A stretch of DNA of 64,000 nt from Squalus acanthias (taxonomy: Eukaryota): NCBI GenBank assembly GCA_030390025.1, contig CM059426.1:189534001-189598000 (forward strand), read 5' to 3'. The position numbers and the translations under genes are program-made. Below, piece after piece: positions 24,955-35,982 of the stretch. The notes beneath the pieces were generated by a model. It did not search any database and was not told where the DNA came from. It worked only from the letters and a program-made list of their open reading frames with translations. Each line of letters starts with the position of its first letter. Position 1 is the stretch's first letter.

Positions 24955-26610
24955 TGTAAGGTTTCCAAAATTTACAGATCCCCAAAACCTAAGGAAAAAG
25001 GACTTTGGAACTACCTCAGTGATAGAAATGAATTTGGGCCTAACCTAAGGAATATAAGACCAAAAACCAAGTTTTGGCATTTTAAAACTATGTCTGGGCC
25101 TGTAAAGGAACAAAAAGGTGGGCTCGACCTCTGTAAAAGCAGTTTTGGTTATTGCAGTTAATTACACTGTCTGGGGAACCGGGATGACCCTACTCAAGCC
25201 CCAGCAGTCATTAACATTTTGACAATAGACCCTGGGAGAAGACAGTCCCACCCAAAATAACAGGCCCCATCAAACCGATTACAGGGCCCATCAGAAAATA
25301 TGCATAATACAAATCACTCAAGACCATTCTATAGAAAAGACTGAGTCCAGCCTAGAAACACAAAACACGAAACCAATCACCAGTGATCAGCCAAGGAGAT
25401 CGACAGGATGCAAACCATCCCAAAACCCATTTGACACTTACAGAGCAGTTACTGGTAACAGGCCCGCCAAAATTCAGACAATGAACTGAGTAGATTTGGC
25501 GGGTAGATAAGGCCATGTTCAATGGGTGAGATTGAAGGCCTGTTAAAAACCCAGTTAACGTGCTAGTAAGTCGTTACCGATTTATGAGCCCGCCAAAAAC
25601 CAGACAATGAACTGAGTAGATTTGGCGGGTAGATAAGGCCACTTCAATTTAGTATAATTGAAGGCCCATCAAGCAGTTCAGGGTGGTTCGAGCAGTCAGT
25701 CGCAACCGGTGGTCATCAGAAGAAGAAGAAACCAGGAAGAAGACAAACCGAGCTGGAAGCGAGTCGGCATCGCTCACCACTCAGACACACCTGAGTCCAG
25801 CTCATGAAGATACCACCTCGACGGACCTCCAACAACGGTCCCAACACAGTCACCCGGAGCAACAACCAGCAACAAGTCACCGACAGCTCCACGAGGTCGA
25901 CCGACACACTAAACAAGGCCTAAAGCCATCGCGTAAACCAAAGGCCTCACGTAACCAACAACCGCGCATTACCCCCAACTGACCGGATAATAGCAGGCCA
26001 CCATGACCAACAAAGACCAACTCCAGAGAAGAAAACCCGAAGAATCACAAAGTTTCCACACTACAAACTACTCCTGACTTATCCCTGGGTAAGATTTTCC
26101 CCAAAGACTCTAACCCCTACTGCTAAACCAAAGAAATTGGGTACTCACCAGATAAATCCATAATGACATCCTACCGCATCAGCGGACTCACGAAGACTGA
26201 CCAGAGACTCAGGTGAAGTCCTCTACCGCGTACGGGGTACGGCAGACACTAACCGCCATAAACAGCAAACCCCAAAACCGCGATTTAGCCCAACTGTCAA
26301 AGGATTGGTGGGCATTATCCCTGGTCCTTCAAAACCTAACAACTAGTAAAGTGGGGTTGGGAGGGGTGAAGTATTGTTCTACTGTCATTTCCCTCGCTTG
26401 TACCGAAGTGTTCCCCACTTTTAGAGTGTTAAGACTGTTATTATTTGTGTCTTACCTTTTAATAAAGATTGAAGTTCTTTCATCAAACTCAGTTGTCTGC
26501 TGCACCTTTTGTATCACAACCCCCAAATAAGTCCAAGGTCTAGAACCAAGGGAGTGGGAGTGATTCGAACCGCTCAGAAGTAAAGCTGACACAAGCCACC
26601 ACCCCCTACA
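24955..26610 (+). mobile_element. Solo LTR, family A (about 1.65 kb)
   Basis: TGTA...TACA ends, 4-bp TSD CATG within the host LINE, AATAAA at 26461, and a second copy at 58782-60579. Confidence 0.9.
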
Positions 26611-26650
26611 CATGCTGCTTCCGATGTTGCAGCTTCCACAGTTTGGCACC

Positions 26651-28136
26651 TGTAAAATTCGCAATTATCGCGATTCGAAATAACGAGATAAAGCAGATTC
26701 GTTTCATCAGTTTTATTTAAACAAAATGCTATCATGATTAAACAGGACACAGAAGCCTGTAAAATGGCCGCCGAGCATCATGGCAGAAGCTTCCAGAATA
26801 CAGTGGGCAGACAAGATGGCGTTCGAATAAACATTTCAGTCATTGTACTGGGCAATCGAAGGCCCATCCAGACGCATCAATCCACAACTACCCCCACGGC
26901 TCTACAATGAGAGAGCCTTTCACGGGTGATTAAGTCAGTATTCGAGGAGGCCCCAAAACCCCTCCAGGGAGACTCCTAGCCGGTTCCACAATGGGAGAAA
27001 TATTAACGGGTAATTAGACAGTTACAAGTATCACCGAAACCCATTAACGACAAGAACCACCCCATTCAAGAAGTTTGAGCGCCAAAACATGACAAAAGTT
27101 GAACATTAAGTTTGGGCAGGAGATAAGGAATTACAGTACTATAACTGTAGTGTCCAAACGTCCATCGCTCTCTTATCCTTTTCATTCGCTTGGAATCGTC
27201 TCTTGGCTATTCTCCCGGACGACCGTTACTCTCTCTTGTTCCGCTGATCCCTTTTGGGGTCGACCTCGTGGCGCGCTGCGAAATCGAGCACCATCCCGAA
27301 GGTCGGTAAACGGTGTCTGGACCCGAAGGCCCGAGGAGATGAGATGAGATGAGAAGAGAAGAAGAAGAATCCACGTGCCGCCGCGGTCAGTAAACCCCGA
27401 CCGCGCCCGAAAATATATAGACCATTTTTGAACTCTATAGGTTACTGCACGAACTGACACAGGAAGACTTTTCTTCGAATTCTATCGAACTGGTGTCGAT
27501 CCAGAAAGACTTGTCTTTGAGTTCTACAGCCGGGCCCGAGCACTGTCGAGTTCTTCATGACAACGGGGAGCCCAGCCTGCTTGCAACAGCAGAGCGAGTA
27601 AACAAGTGGGGTACAGAGACCCCTGATCAACACGTGAATAGTCAGGTGCTGTGGCGAAAACATCCGAGCATCGGTTTAGAATTCTCCGAGTTATCACGAG
27701 TGGTGAGCATGGTTCTAGATCCTACAGATCTAGATTAGGACAGGCATTAATAGGGGAGGGTTTTTTGTTTTAAGGATAATTATAATGTGTGTCCCCTTTT
27801 ACGATGTGTCGTGCGCTCCTCGTTTCCCTAAACCTAGTTGCATAAATGTATGTAAGCTTGTACTGTCATTAATCTGTGCTTATGACATGTATTTCATAAT
27901 CTTGAACAATATGCAATAAAGATTTTCCATTTCGTACTATTCAACCGGGTCTACCTGAGTTTTCTCTGCATTACTGCTCTCGCCCCTAAGTCCAGTGTCA
28001 GAACCGTAAGGGCGAGTGGGTCGAACCACTCACAGGTGTCTAGTGCTACCAGGCTGGCTGGAGACCAGAACAGGCAACAAGGCCTAACCCCGCACTAGCA
28101 CCCAGGCTAAGCACAGAGCCACCTGAACCCCTTACA
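26651..28136 (+). mobile_element. Solo LTR, family B (about 1.5 kb)
   Basis: TGTAA...TTACA ends, with the host LINE resuming on both sides and ACC(T) duplicated. AATAAA near 27915; YY1-like AAAATGGCCG and CAAGATGGCG in U3. Confidence 0.82.
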
Positions 28137-30889
28137 ACCTCTTTTTTTAGGTACGCCTAGTGCTGTTCCTGGCATGCTCTTCTACACTCCTTATTGAACT
28201 AGGGTTGGTGATAATGGTAGAGTGAGGGATATGCTGGGCCATGAGGTTACAGATTGTGGTGTAATACAATTCTGTTGCTGCCCCACAGCGCCTCATGGAT
28301 GCCCAGTTTTGAGCTGCTAGATCTGTTCTGAATCTATCCCATTTAGCACGGTGGTAGTGCCACACAACACGATGGAGGATGTCCTCAGTGTGAAGATGGG
28401 ACTTCGTCTCCACAATGACTGTGCGGTGGTCACTGCTACCAATGCTGTCATGGACAGATGCATCTGCGATTGGTGAGGACGAGGTCAAGTAGGTTTTTCC
28501 CTCACCACCTGTCGCAGACCCAGACTAGCAGTTATGTCCTTCAGGACTCGGCAAGCTGTGGTGTGACCGAGCCACTATTGGTGATGGACATTGCAGTCCC
28601 CACCCAGAGTACATTCTGTGCCCTTGCTACTCTCAGTGCTTCTGTGGTGTTCAACATGGAGGAGTACTGATTCGTCAGCGGTAGGTTGACCTAAAGCTAT
28701 GAGACTTCATGGGGTCCCAAGTCAATGTTGAGGACTCCCAGAGCCACTCCTTCCCCACTGTATACCACTGGAGGAGTTTGGGACATTGGCTGAACGGTAT
28801 GATTCTGTCAGGCTATTGCTTGACTAGTCTGTGGGACAGCTCTCCCAATTTTGTCACAAGTCCCCTGATGTTGGTGAGGAGGACTTAGCAGGGTCGACTG
28901 GGCTGGTCGTTGCCGTGTCCGTAGTCAGTGCCAAGGTCGATGCCAGGTTTCATTCTTTTTCGTAGCGGTTAGTTACAACTGAGTGATTTGCAGTTAAGAG
29001 TCAACCACGTTGCTGTGGGTCTGAAGTCACATATAGGCCAGATGTGATTTGTCAGACTTCCTTACCTAAAGGACATTCGTGAACCAGATGGGTTTTTATA
29101 ACAATCCGATTCATGGTTACCATTACTGATACTAGTAATTATTCCAGATTTATTTAATTAACTGAATTTTAATTCCCCAGCTGCCATTGTGGGATTTGAA
29201 CTCACGCTGGATCATTAGTCCAGGCCTCTGGATTACTAGCCCAGTGACATTACCAGTACGCTACTGTTCCCTGGTACAGTAAAAGCTCCCACCTGACAGA
29301 TCATCACTTTCCTCAGCCACAAGCTGTTTCTCACTCCATCTCCAGCACAGATTCTGTAGGCTTTCCACTTTCCACTCTCCATCCACTCTCACCTCATTGG
29401 AAGAACTCTCTCACCATTGACAGAATGCTTCTGTCATCTCTACTTCACCTGCCATCTATTCCATCAAAGTGGGTGCTACTTATACTGTCTCACCTTAGTC
29501 CTCAGAATCCAACCACAAATCAGCCCCAACACCAGTAGCACCAGGCACACCAGCAGCACCAACAACAACACAAAGCTTCTCCGCAATCACCTGATGCTGC
29601 ACAGGACAGAGGGCATCAGCACCAGATTACATTGCTGCCCGGGAGGCCAGGGATGGCCTCACCATGGCCAGATTTACTTTACTTGACGCTGTACAACTTG
29701 GCTGCCACATGATGCGCCAGGTTGGCACCACCCCACACCAATACCATAAAGCAACCCTACAATGTCCAAGCCATTCCTTTCACACTCATGACCATTGCGG
29801 GGGGTACCGTTATGTCTCACCATTCACTGCAACTCACTAAGCCACTTCCAAAGGTGCACACAAATCTGTCCAAGAACAAAAAGTGTTGAAAATAAAGGTT
29901 TCAATGTCTGACAGCACATTAACAGAAACTTTACATGAACATTGGATAAAACACCCAAGTGGCTACCCTTGTTTGATGTTAATTGGTATGATTGCGCTAG
30001 GGTGAGGGTGAGGGGTGGCTAGTGAGATGGGGATGCGATAATGTAGATAGAGAGAGAGGGATGGGTGAAGGTGCAAGGTAAGTCAGTGTGAGTAAGAAGG
30101 TGCAGGAGTAGGGTAGGGAAGGCAGAGTGATGGGGATGTGATGAGAGACACAGCAGGATGAAGGTGAGTGTGGCTTTGTACTAACATTTCGTGATCTAAT
30201 GAGATCATTGAAAGGTTTGCGCCACTGCACCCAGGTCCTCCTGACAACATCCCTGCTTGTGACCTCCTCTACAATGTGCAACCAGGCTGCGTTAGTCTCC
30301 TGGGGAGGTTTCTTCCACCCATGACTCCCTCCATAAGCATATGGAGGGACTCATGGGAGAACCTGGGTGCAGCCCTGCACCTCTGTGCAGTGACTGTCAG
30401 TATTTGCAGCACTTCAATGCTGTAAAACACTGACAGCACAAATGTCAAAGTAAGGCGGCCATGGCCTCTTTAAGGAAACCGCCTCAAGACGTATCATGAA
30501 TGACCTCACCAGGCCCACTCCTTCTAATTGGGCCGGGAGAGGCGCTGGGCAGGCTCCATTAAGGTAAATTCATTCTGTACAGTGGGATGGAGCCAACAGC
30601 GGGCCCGCGACCCGCCAGGGACATCCGCCCGCCCCGACCCGCTGAGGTGACCAAATCTCGGCCATACTCACTTTCTACTGGGTCGCTGCATAGCCAATAG
30701 GAGATTTTTCTACTTCCTAGCCTAGGTATGCGAAGGCAAACTGTAGCACCTTCGCTGCCACTCCAGGTGAGGTCAGCTAGATCAACACAGACCAGGGATC
30801 TCATTCGGAATCTAAGCCTAGTCTGTATGGCTTAGCAATGGACTGTTTAGTGCCTTTACCTAGCTTCCCTAAAGAAAGTTTCTGAATGA

Positions 30890-31393
30890 GAGGAATTTTA
30901 AAGCCCCCATGATGAGCGGGAAGGGGTCGAGGGGAGGTTAATTTGGGAAAAATGGGAAATCCGACCACAACCCGTTGCGAATGCGCCTGCTTCCTGTTTA
31001 ACTGCAGCGGGTTTGGGGGCGTCTGAGTGACCGGCTCTGGAGAGCCGGGTCAGTGATTATAATATTTAAATGAGGCTCCGTTCCTCTCACCCACCCCCCC
31101 CTCGATCTCTCCCTACCTCCTCGCTGCCTCACTCCGAACAGCCGCCCCACCAATCCCCGATCTTCGCCCATTGCCAGGGACCGTCCCCAGCTGTGGTCTC
31201 CTACTGTAGACTTACCCACCCGGCAGCTGGCCATCCTTCAATCTGATTGGCTGCCGGGCGGGCAACAGAGTAAAAAAATTCTAATGAGGTCCTGCCGTTA
31301 AATTTGTCGGACCTCCGCCATTCCGGTATTTCCAGGTTTCACAGCCGCAGACATGCGTCCCCTTTCCCTTTCGCCTCCCCGGAAATATTGGGG
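30890..31393. mobile_element. Degenerate Harbinger-type MITE
   Basis: Resembles 54887-55977 (CAATCTG..TGGCTG, CCTGCCGTTAAATT), with eroded TIRs. Confidence 0.5.
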
Positions 31394-31634
31394 TGATTAT
31401 TATGTGTATATACATACATATATTTATATATTTTATTATGCACACACTTGTATAAACTCACATAAAGAATAGCAGATGCTTGGAAGCACTGCTCTTTGGG
31501 GTTCCATTGGAGTCCATTGTAACTCCTGAAGAATTCCAGAAAATGGTGACGCCAGGTTGTGCAAGGCACTGAGATTTTCCAGGCAGCCGTACAAGCGGTG
31601 GAACTTCAGACAGACCCTTAAAATGCAAATGATA

Positions 31635-32552
31635 GGGGGCGGAATTGGGGATAGGGACGCCCTGCGAAAAGAGGTTCTGCTTCTTTGGCTTATTTGACTG
31701 GATGAGGTGAGGCAAACCAGCCTCCAGATGGGACCAAGTTGGCTCCACCATGGGGTCCTGATCAAAGACGCGACCCATCCCTCAGGACTGGAGAATTTAA
31801 AATAAATTCGGGAATGCCTCCCTTACAGGGGGGCCAAGAGGGGACACCATGGGGTCTGGGAGGGGCCTGAGCAACCTCCTCCTCAAAAGTGGGCAGGCGC
31901 TAGATTGGCTGGCTTGGATGACAAATTTAGCAGCGAGATGGCCCTTGCATCGAATCTGCACATGGGTTCGGGCCACTGCTAAATTAGTCAGGCCCACCTT
32001 TAAGGTGTCCTGGGCTGCCAGCTAAAACAGGCGTTAGGCTCCTCGCAGAGGTTAATGAGGGGCCTGATGCCTGTTTAAGGATCTCCTGGGGAATTGTTTT
32101 TTGATGAGTGGAGCAGGAGCTGATTTAGCCCGCACAGCGTACTACAGCGGCCATTGTGGCCTGAACAGCGGGCCGCCGACAACAGGCAAGTTTACTATTT
32201 TTTTAAATTATAAAAGTGTTCCTGTGGAGCCAGAAGGAGTAGGAGTGCTTCTCTGACTCTACAGTCCATGCGATCATCCCCATCCCCCCACCACCCCACC
32301 CCCCCAGCCTCACTATCCCCACTCCAAGCCCCCTCCTACGACTTACCTTTGGGTTGCTTAAGACGAGGCAAGCGGCCCTATTTTCATCTTAGTAAAATAC
32401 GCAAGCTACCTGTGGAGGCATAACAGGCACCTGCAGCTCATGCAAATAATCCTGAAGAGGCTCCAAGATCAATTTTGCGCTGGTGCCGGGCCTCCCGGTT
32501 GGGCCACGTGTTGTCGAAGCGCCGCTGGTTATGGATCGAAAAAAATGGGCCT
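31635..32552. mobile_element. Probable degenerate Harbinger-type MITE
   Basis: GC-rich block with GGAGCAGGAGTGCT-like internal motifs and TIR-like ends. Boundaries are approximate. Confidence 0.35.
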
Positions 32553-33699
32553 TGACCAATGTTCACCTCAATTACTGTTACTTTGGTGATAATTGCACGC
32601 GTCCCGGTAGAAATGGTTTACACCTCCAATGAACTACCACCGGAACCTTTTTATTAAACTGTTCCCAAGCATTCATGAAGCCAATCACGTTACAACAAAA
32701 ATGGCTTGAGTGCCAGTTCTTTACCCTTAATTGCACTTAATTGTAATTGATTTTGTTATTGAATTTATATCAACTTTAAACACACAACCGCCCATAAAAA
32801 GTAAAAGGATAAATCCATTACTGGCAGCATTTTAGGGAACTTTATATACGATTACACTCCAGCTCAAATGGTATTATAGCACTTGCAGAAATATACAAGG
32901 TAGCCTTGAGTGTTGGCACAGTATGCGCCACACTACAGCCTCGAATAAAATGTCAGCCTTGCTGAAAGAGCTGAAGATCTGGCATTGCTCAGAGTGATTA
33001 AGAGAATTCTGGAGTAGAAATTCGGCAGCGGCCGGTTTCGGACGCGAAGGCGGCAATGCGGCTGGAGCCGGGAGGACCGAGGCCGGCCCGAAATTGGGCC
33101 TCAAGTTTCATGTAAAAAATCTGCGTAGTTTCCAATGCCTGTCATGCCTGCCCCTCTGCAGGATCGAACTTCGGGCCACGTGCCTTGCCAAGAGTGGCCA
33201 AAGGTAAGTACCGGAGGGATGGGGGTCAGGTGGGATGGGGGAGAACAACAGGAAATGGGCTGATCACGGCCAGCAGCCGCTCTCAGGAGTGCTGTGCGGC
33301 TGGGAGGAGCACTCCCGATCCTTCTAGCTCCACATGAATTTTTTTTTGTTACTATTTTTGGTGGCAGCCATTCCTCCCATTCCCAACAGTACAGAGATGT
33401 CTTACTTCCTTCAACATGGTTTATCTCCCTCTAGCCCCTGCTCAGCAGTTTCTCTCTCTCTCTTTCATACTTCATAGATTTTCTCTTTACTTTCAACAGG
33501 ATCACTTTTTCCATCTCACAACAGACTAATCTAGGCGATGATTTTCTGCTCCACACCTATCAGTTCCACAGGCTCCCAAAAAGACCGTGCTGTTGCTGCT
33601 GTCGGTGATGCCTTTCAAACATTTGAGCCACTTTATGTATTCATCATGTGATACATTTTAATTTTAGGTCTATATATGGAGTGAATAAAGAGTGAATGA

Positions 33700-34215
33700 A
33701 TGTCAGGATCCACATGCATGCTGATAACACCCAGTTCTACCTCACCACTACCTCTCTTGACCCTACTACTGCCTCTCTTTTGCCACGCTGCTTGTCCCAC
33801 ATCCAGTATTGGAGGAGCAGAAATTTCCTCCAATTAAATATTGGGAAGAACAAAGCCATTGTCTTCGGTCCTCGTCACAAACTCCGTTCCCTAGCCATTG
33901 TCTCAATCCCTTTCCCTGGCCACTGTCTGAGGCCAAACCTGCCTTTTTGCCACCATGGAGTCCTATTTGAACTTCCAACCCCATATCCTCTCCATCACCA
34001 ACACCACCTAATTCCACCTCCCTAACATCGACCATCTCCGCCCCTGCACCAGCTCACCTGCTGCTGAAACCCTCATCCATGCCTTTGTTACCTCTAGACA
34101 CGACTATTCCAATTTTGGCCTCTTGTGCATCCCCGATTTTCATTGCTCCGCCATTGGCAGCTGTGCTTTTAGCAGCCTAGGCCCGAAGCTCCAGAATTCC
34201 CTCCATAAACCGAAA
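33700..34215 (+). mobile_element. L2 LINE fragment
   Basis: HMHADNTQFYL...SRNFLQLNIGK; homologous to 11265-12226. Confidence 0.82.
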
Positions 34216-34349
34216 CCAAGTTGTTGTTATTGTTGAAAGAGGAACTGGAACTGTCAAGGTCACTATCTTGGGGAATATTTTTGATGTGATGTGATTGAAA
34301 AGTAAAACATTTGCATTCTATGATTAATAAATAACAAAAGTAGAAAATA

Positions 34350-34906
34350 ACAACAACGACAACTTGCATTTATATAGCGCCTTTAACGTAGTAAAACGTC
34401 CCAAGGCACTCCACAAGAGCATTACCAAAACAAAATTTGGCACCAAGCACGTAAGGAGATATTAGGACAGTTTGGTCATAAAGGTAGGTTTTAAGGAACG
34501 CCTTAAAGGAGGAGAGGGAGGTAAAGAGGTGGAGAGGCTTAGGGAGAAAAGTCCAGAGCCTAAGGCCCTGGTAGTTGAAGCCACGGCCTTCAATGGTGGA
34601 GCGATTAAAATCGGGGATGCCAGAATTGGAGGTGCGCAGATCTCGGAGGGTTGTAGGGCTGGAGGAGGTTAATGATAAGGAGGGGCGGGATTTGAAAACA
34701 AGGATGAAAATTTTAAAATTAAGTCGGTGCCAGACCAGGAGCCAATGTAGGTCAGTGAGCACAGGGGTGACGGATGAACGGGACTTTCTGCGAGTTGGGA
34801 CATGGGCAGCAGAGTTTTGGATGAGTTAATTTTATGGAGGGTGGAAGATGGGAGGCCGGCCAGGAGAGCATTGGAATAGTCAAGTCTAGAGGTAACAAAG
34901 GCATGG
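34350..34906 (-). mobile_element. L2 LINE 3' fragment
   Basis: HAFVTSRLDYSNALLAGLP and LHWL...FKI, with a (TTG)n tail. Confidence 0.85.
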
Positions 34907-35982
34907 AAAACCAATTAAAAAGGAAAAATGAGATTAAAACACAACATACGAGGGAGAGGAAAACTGATCGATGACTTGGTGGTTACAACAAACATGAGAG
35001 TCCTGCAAACCCAGTAAGGCAATTTTAATGTCCCTACCACCCCATTTGTGCCTAAAAATGCAGTGGTAGTGAGGCTAAAATAATGCATTTAGTTGAAACA
35101 CTGACTTACCACCAAGGCCTACTCCATTCTGGACATCAAGTGGATTTCAATCTTGCCACCAGAGGTCTCGCCCAGAAACGGGCAAGAACCTCCTGAATAT
35201 ATGTTACTTGGAAATCAAATGTAGTTATGACCCCTGCTGCTATTTTTCTCGCTTCCCTATGGATTACCGCCAGTCCCTGGCCCATCCACCAAACATGGGC
35301 AGTAGAAGTCAGGCATACATTAATAGGATCTTTATATGCAGTCAGGAAACACTAGAAGTAAGTACTCATTTTTATGCAATCGCTTATGGACTTTGAGCCT
35401 CAAAGGATTCCATATTTAATCTCCTTTCTGCTGCAATAATTTTGCTTGCTGCTCAAAACGGCTGCTTCCTATCACTCGCGGCACTGCCACCCCTCCCTTT
35501 TAAGGTGCTGCTGCAAGATCTCCAATATCAGTCACGCTGCCAGATTTCTCACCCCCAGATTGGCGAGCTGCCTATAAAGAGCATGTTAAAACATCCAATA
35601 CACAATTTATTATTCTGCTGCTAAAGTGCATCTGTGTGTAACATGGTTCTCCCCTTTAATGCCTCAGGTCAATAAGATGCTGAATGCTCTGAGCAGATCC
35701 TCAGGTTGAGTAGATCTCACAATAGCCCTCTTGTCCTTAAATATATTTTTTAAGTAGGATTCCTGAAGTCAATTAGAATTTTTGTGTGTCTGGGCAAGTT
35801 GGAAAATTGGAAATGATTGGCTTTCTTTTTTTTAGGTGTGGCAAGGATATTTTAACATGATAGTGACGCCTGAAGTGAAACAGATGTGTCTCAAATGTTT
35901 ATGTCTAATATGTATAAACACGCATACAAATATATAAAATTTGGATTTCCAATGGTATTGTTCACAGTGGGTCAGAAATTAT

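Larger units (their letters stand above)
23088..29271 (-). mobile_element. CR1-group LINE with tRNA-like 5' head (endonuclease plus RT), interrupted by two solo LTRs
   Basis: RT ORF 24151-24870 (KAMGPDNIP, NYRPISLLSIISKVME, QFGFRQ, LDIKAAFDRVWH) and APE motif IGSSDHRTV at about 28430. A-rich 3' tail at about 23090; head with A/B boxes at 29190-29271. Confidence 0.9.
22763..30663. mobile_element. Internally deleted Harbinger element hosting a LINE and two solo LTRs
   Basis: TIRs GGCCGAGATTTTG / CAAATCTCGGCC with TSD ATA on both sides. A Myb-like exon remnant on - (RRTWVQWRKPFNDL) lies at about 30180-30420. 29340-30620 is homologous to 37450-38720. Confidence 0.85.

Noticed and set aside
26525-26580. 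Hairpin ribozyme (GUC...AGAA) in the LTR U5
   Set aside because: The required helices and loop B consensus are absent.
24955-28136. A single provirus with two LTRs
   Set aside because: The two LTRs are different families, separated by 40 bp of host LINE, and each has its own flanking duplication.
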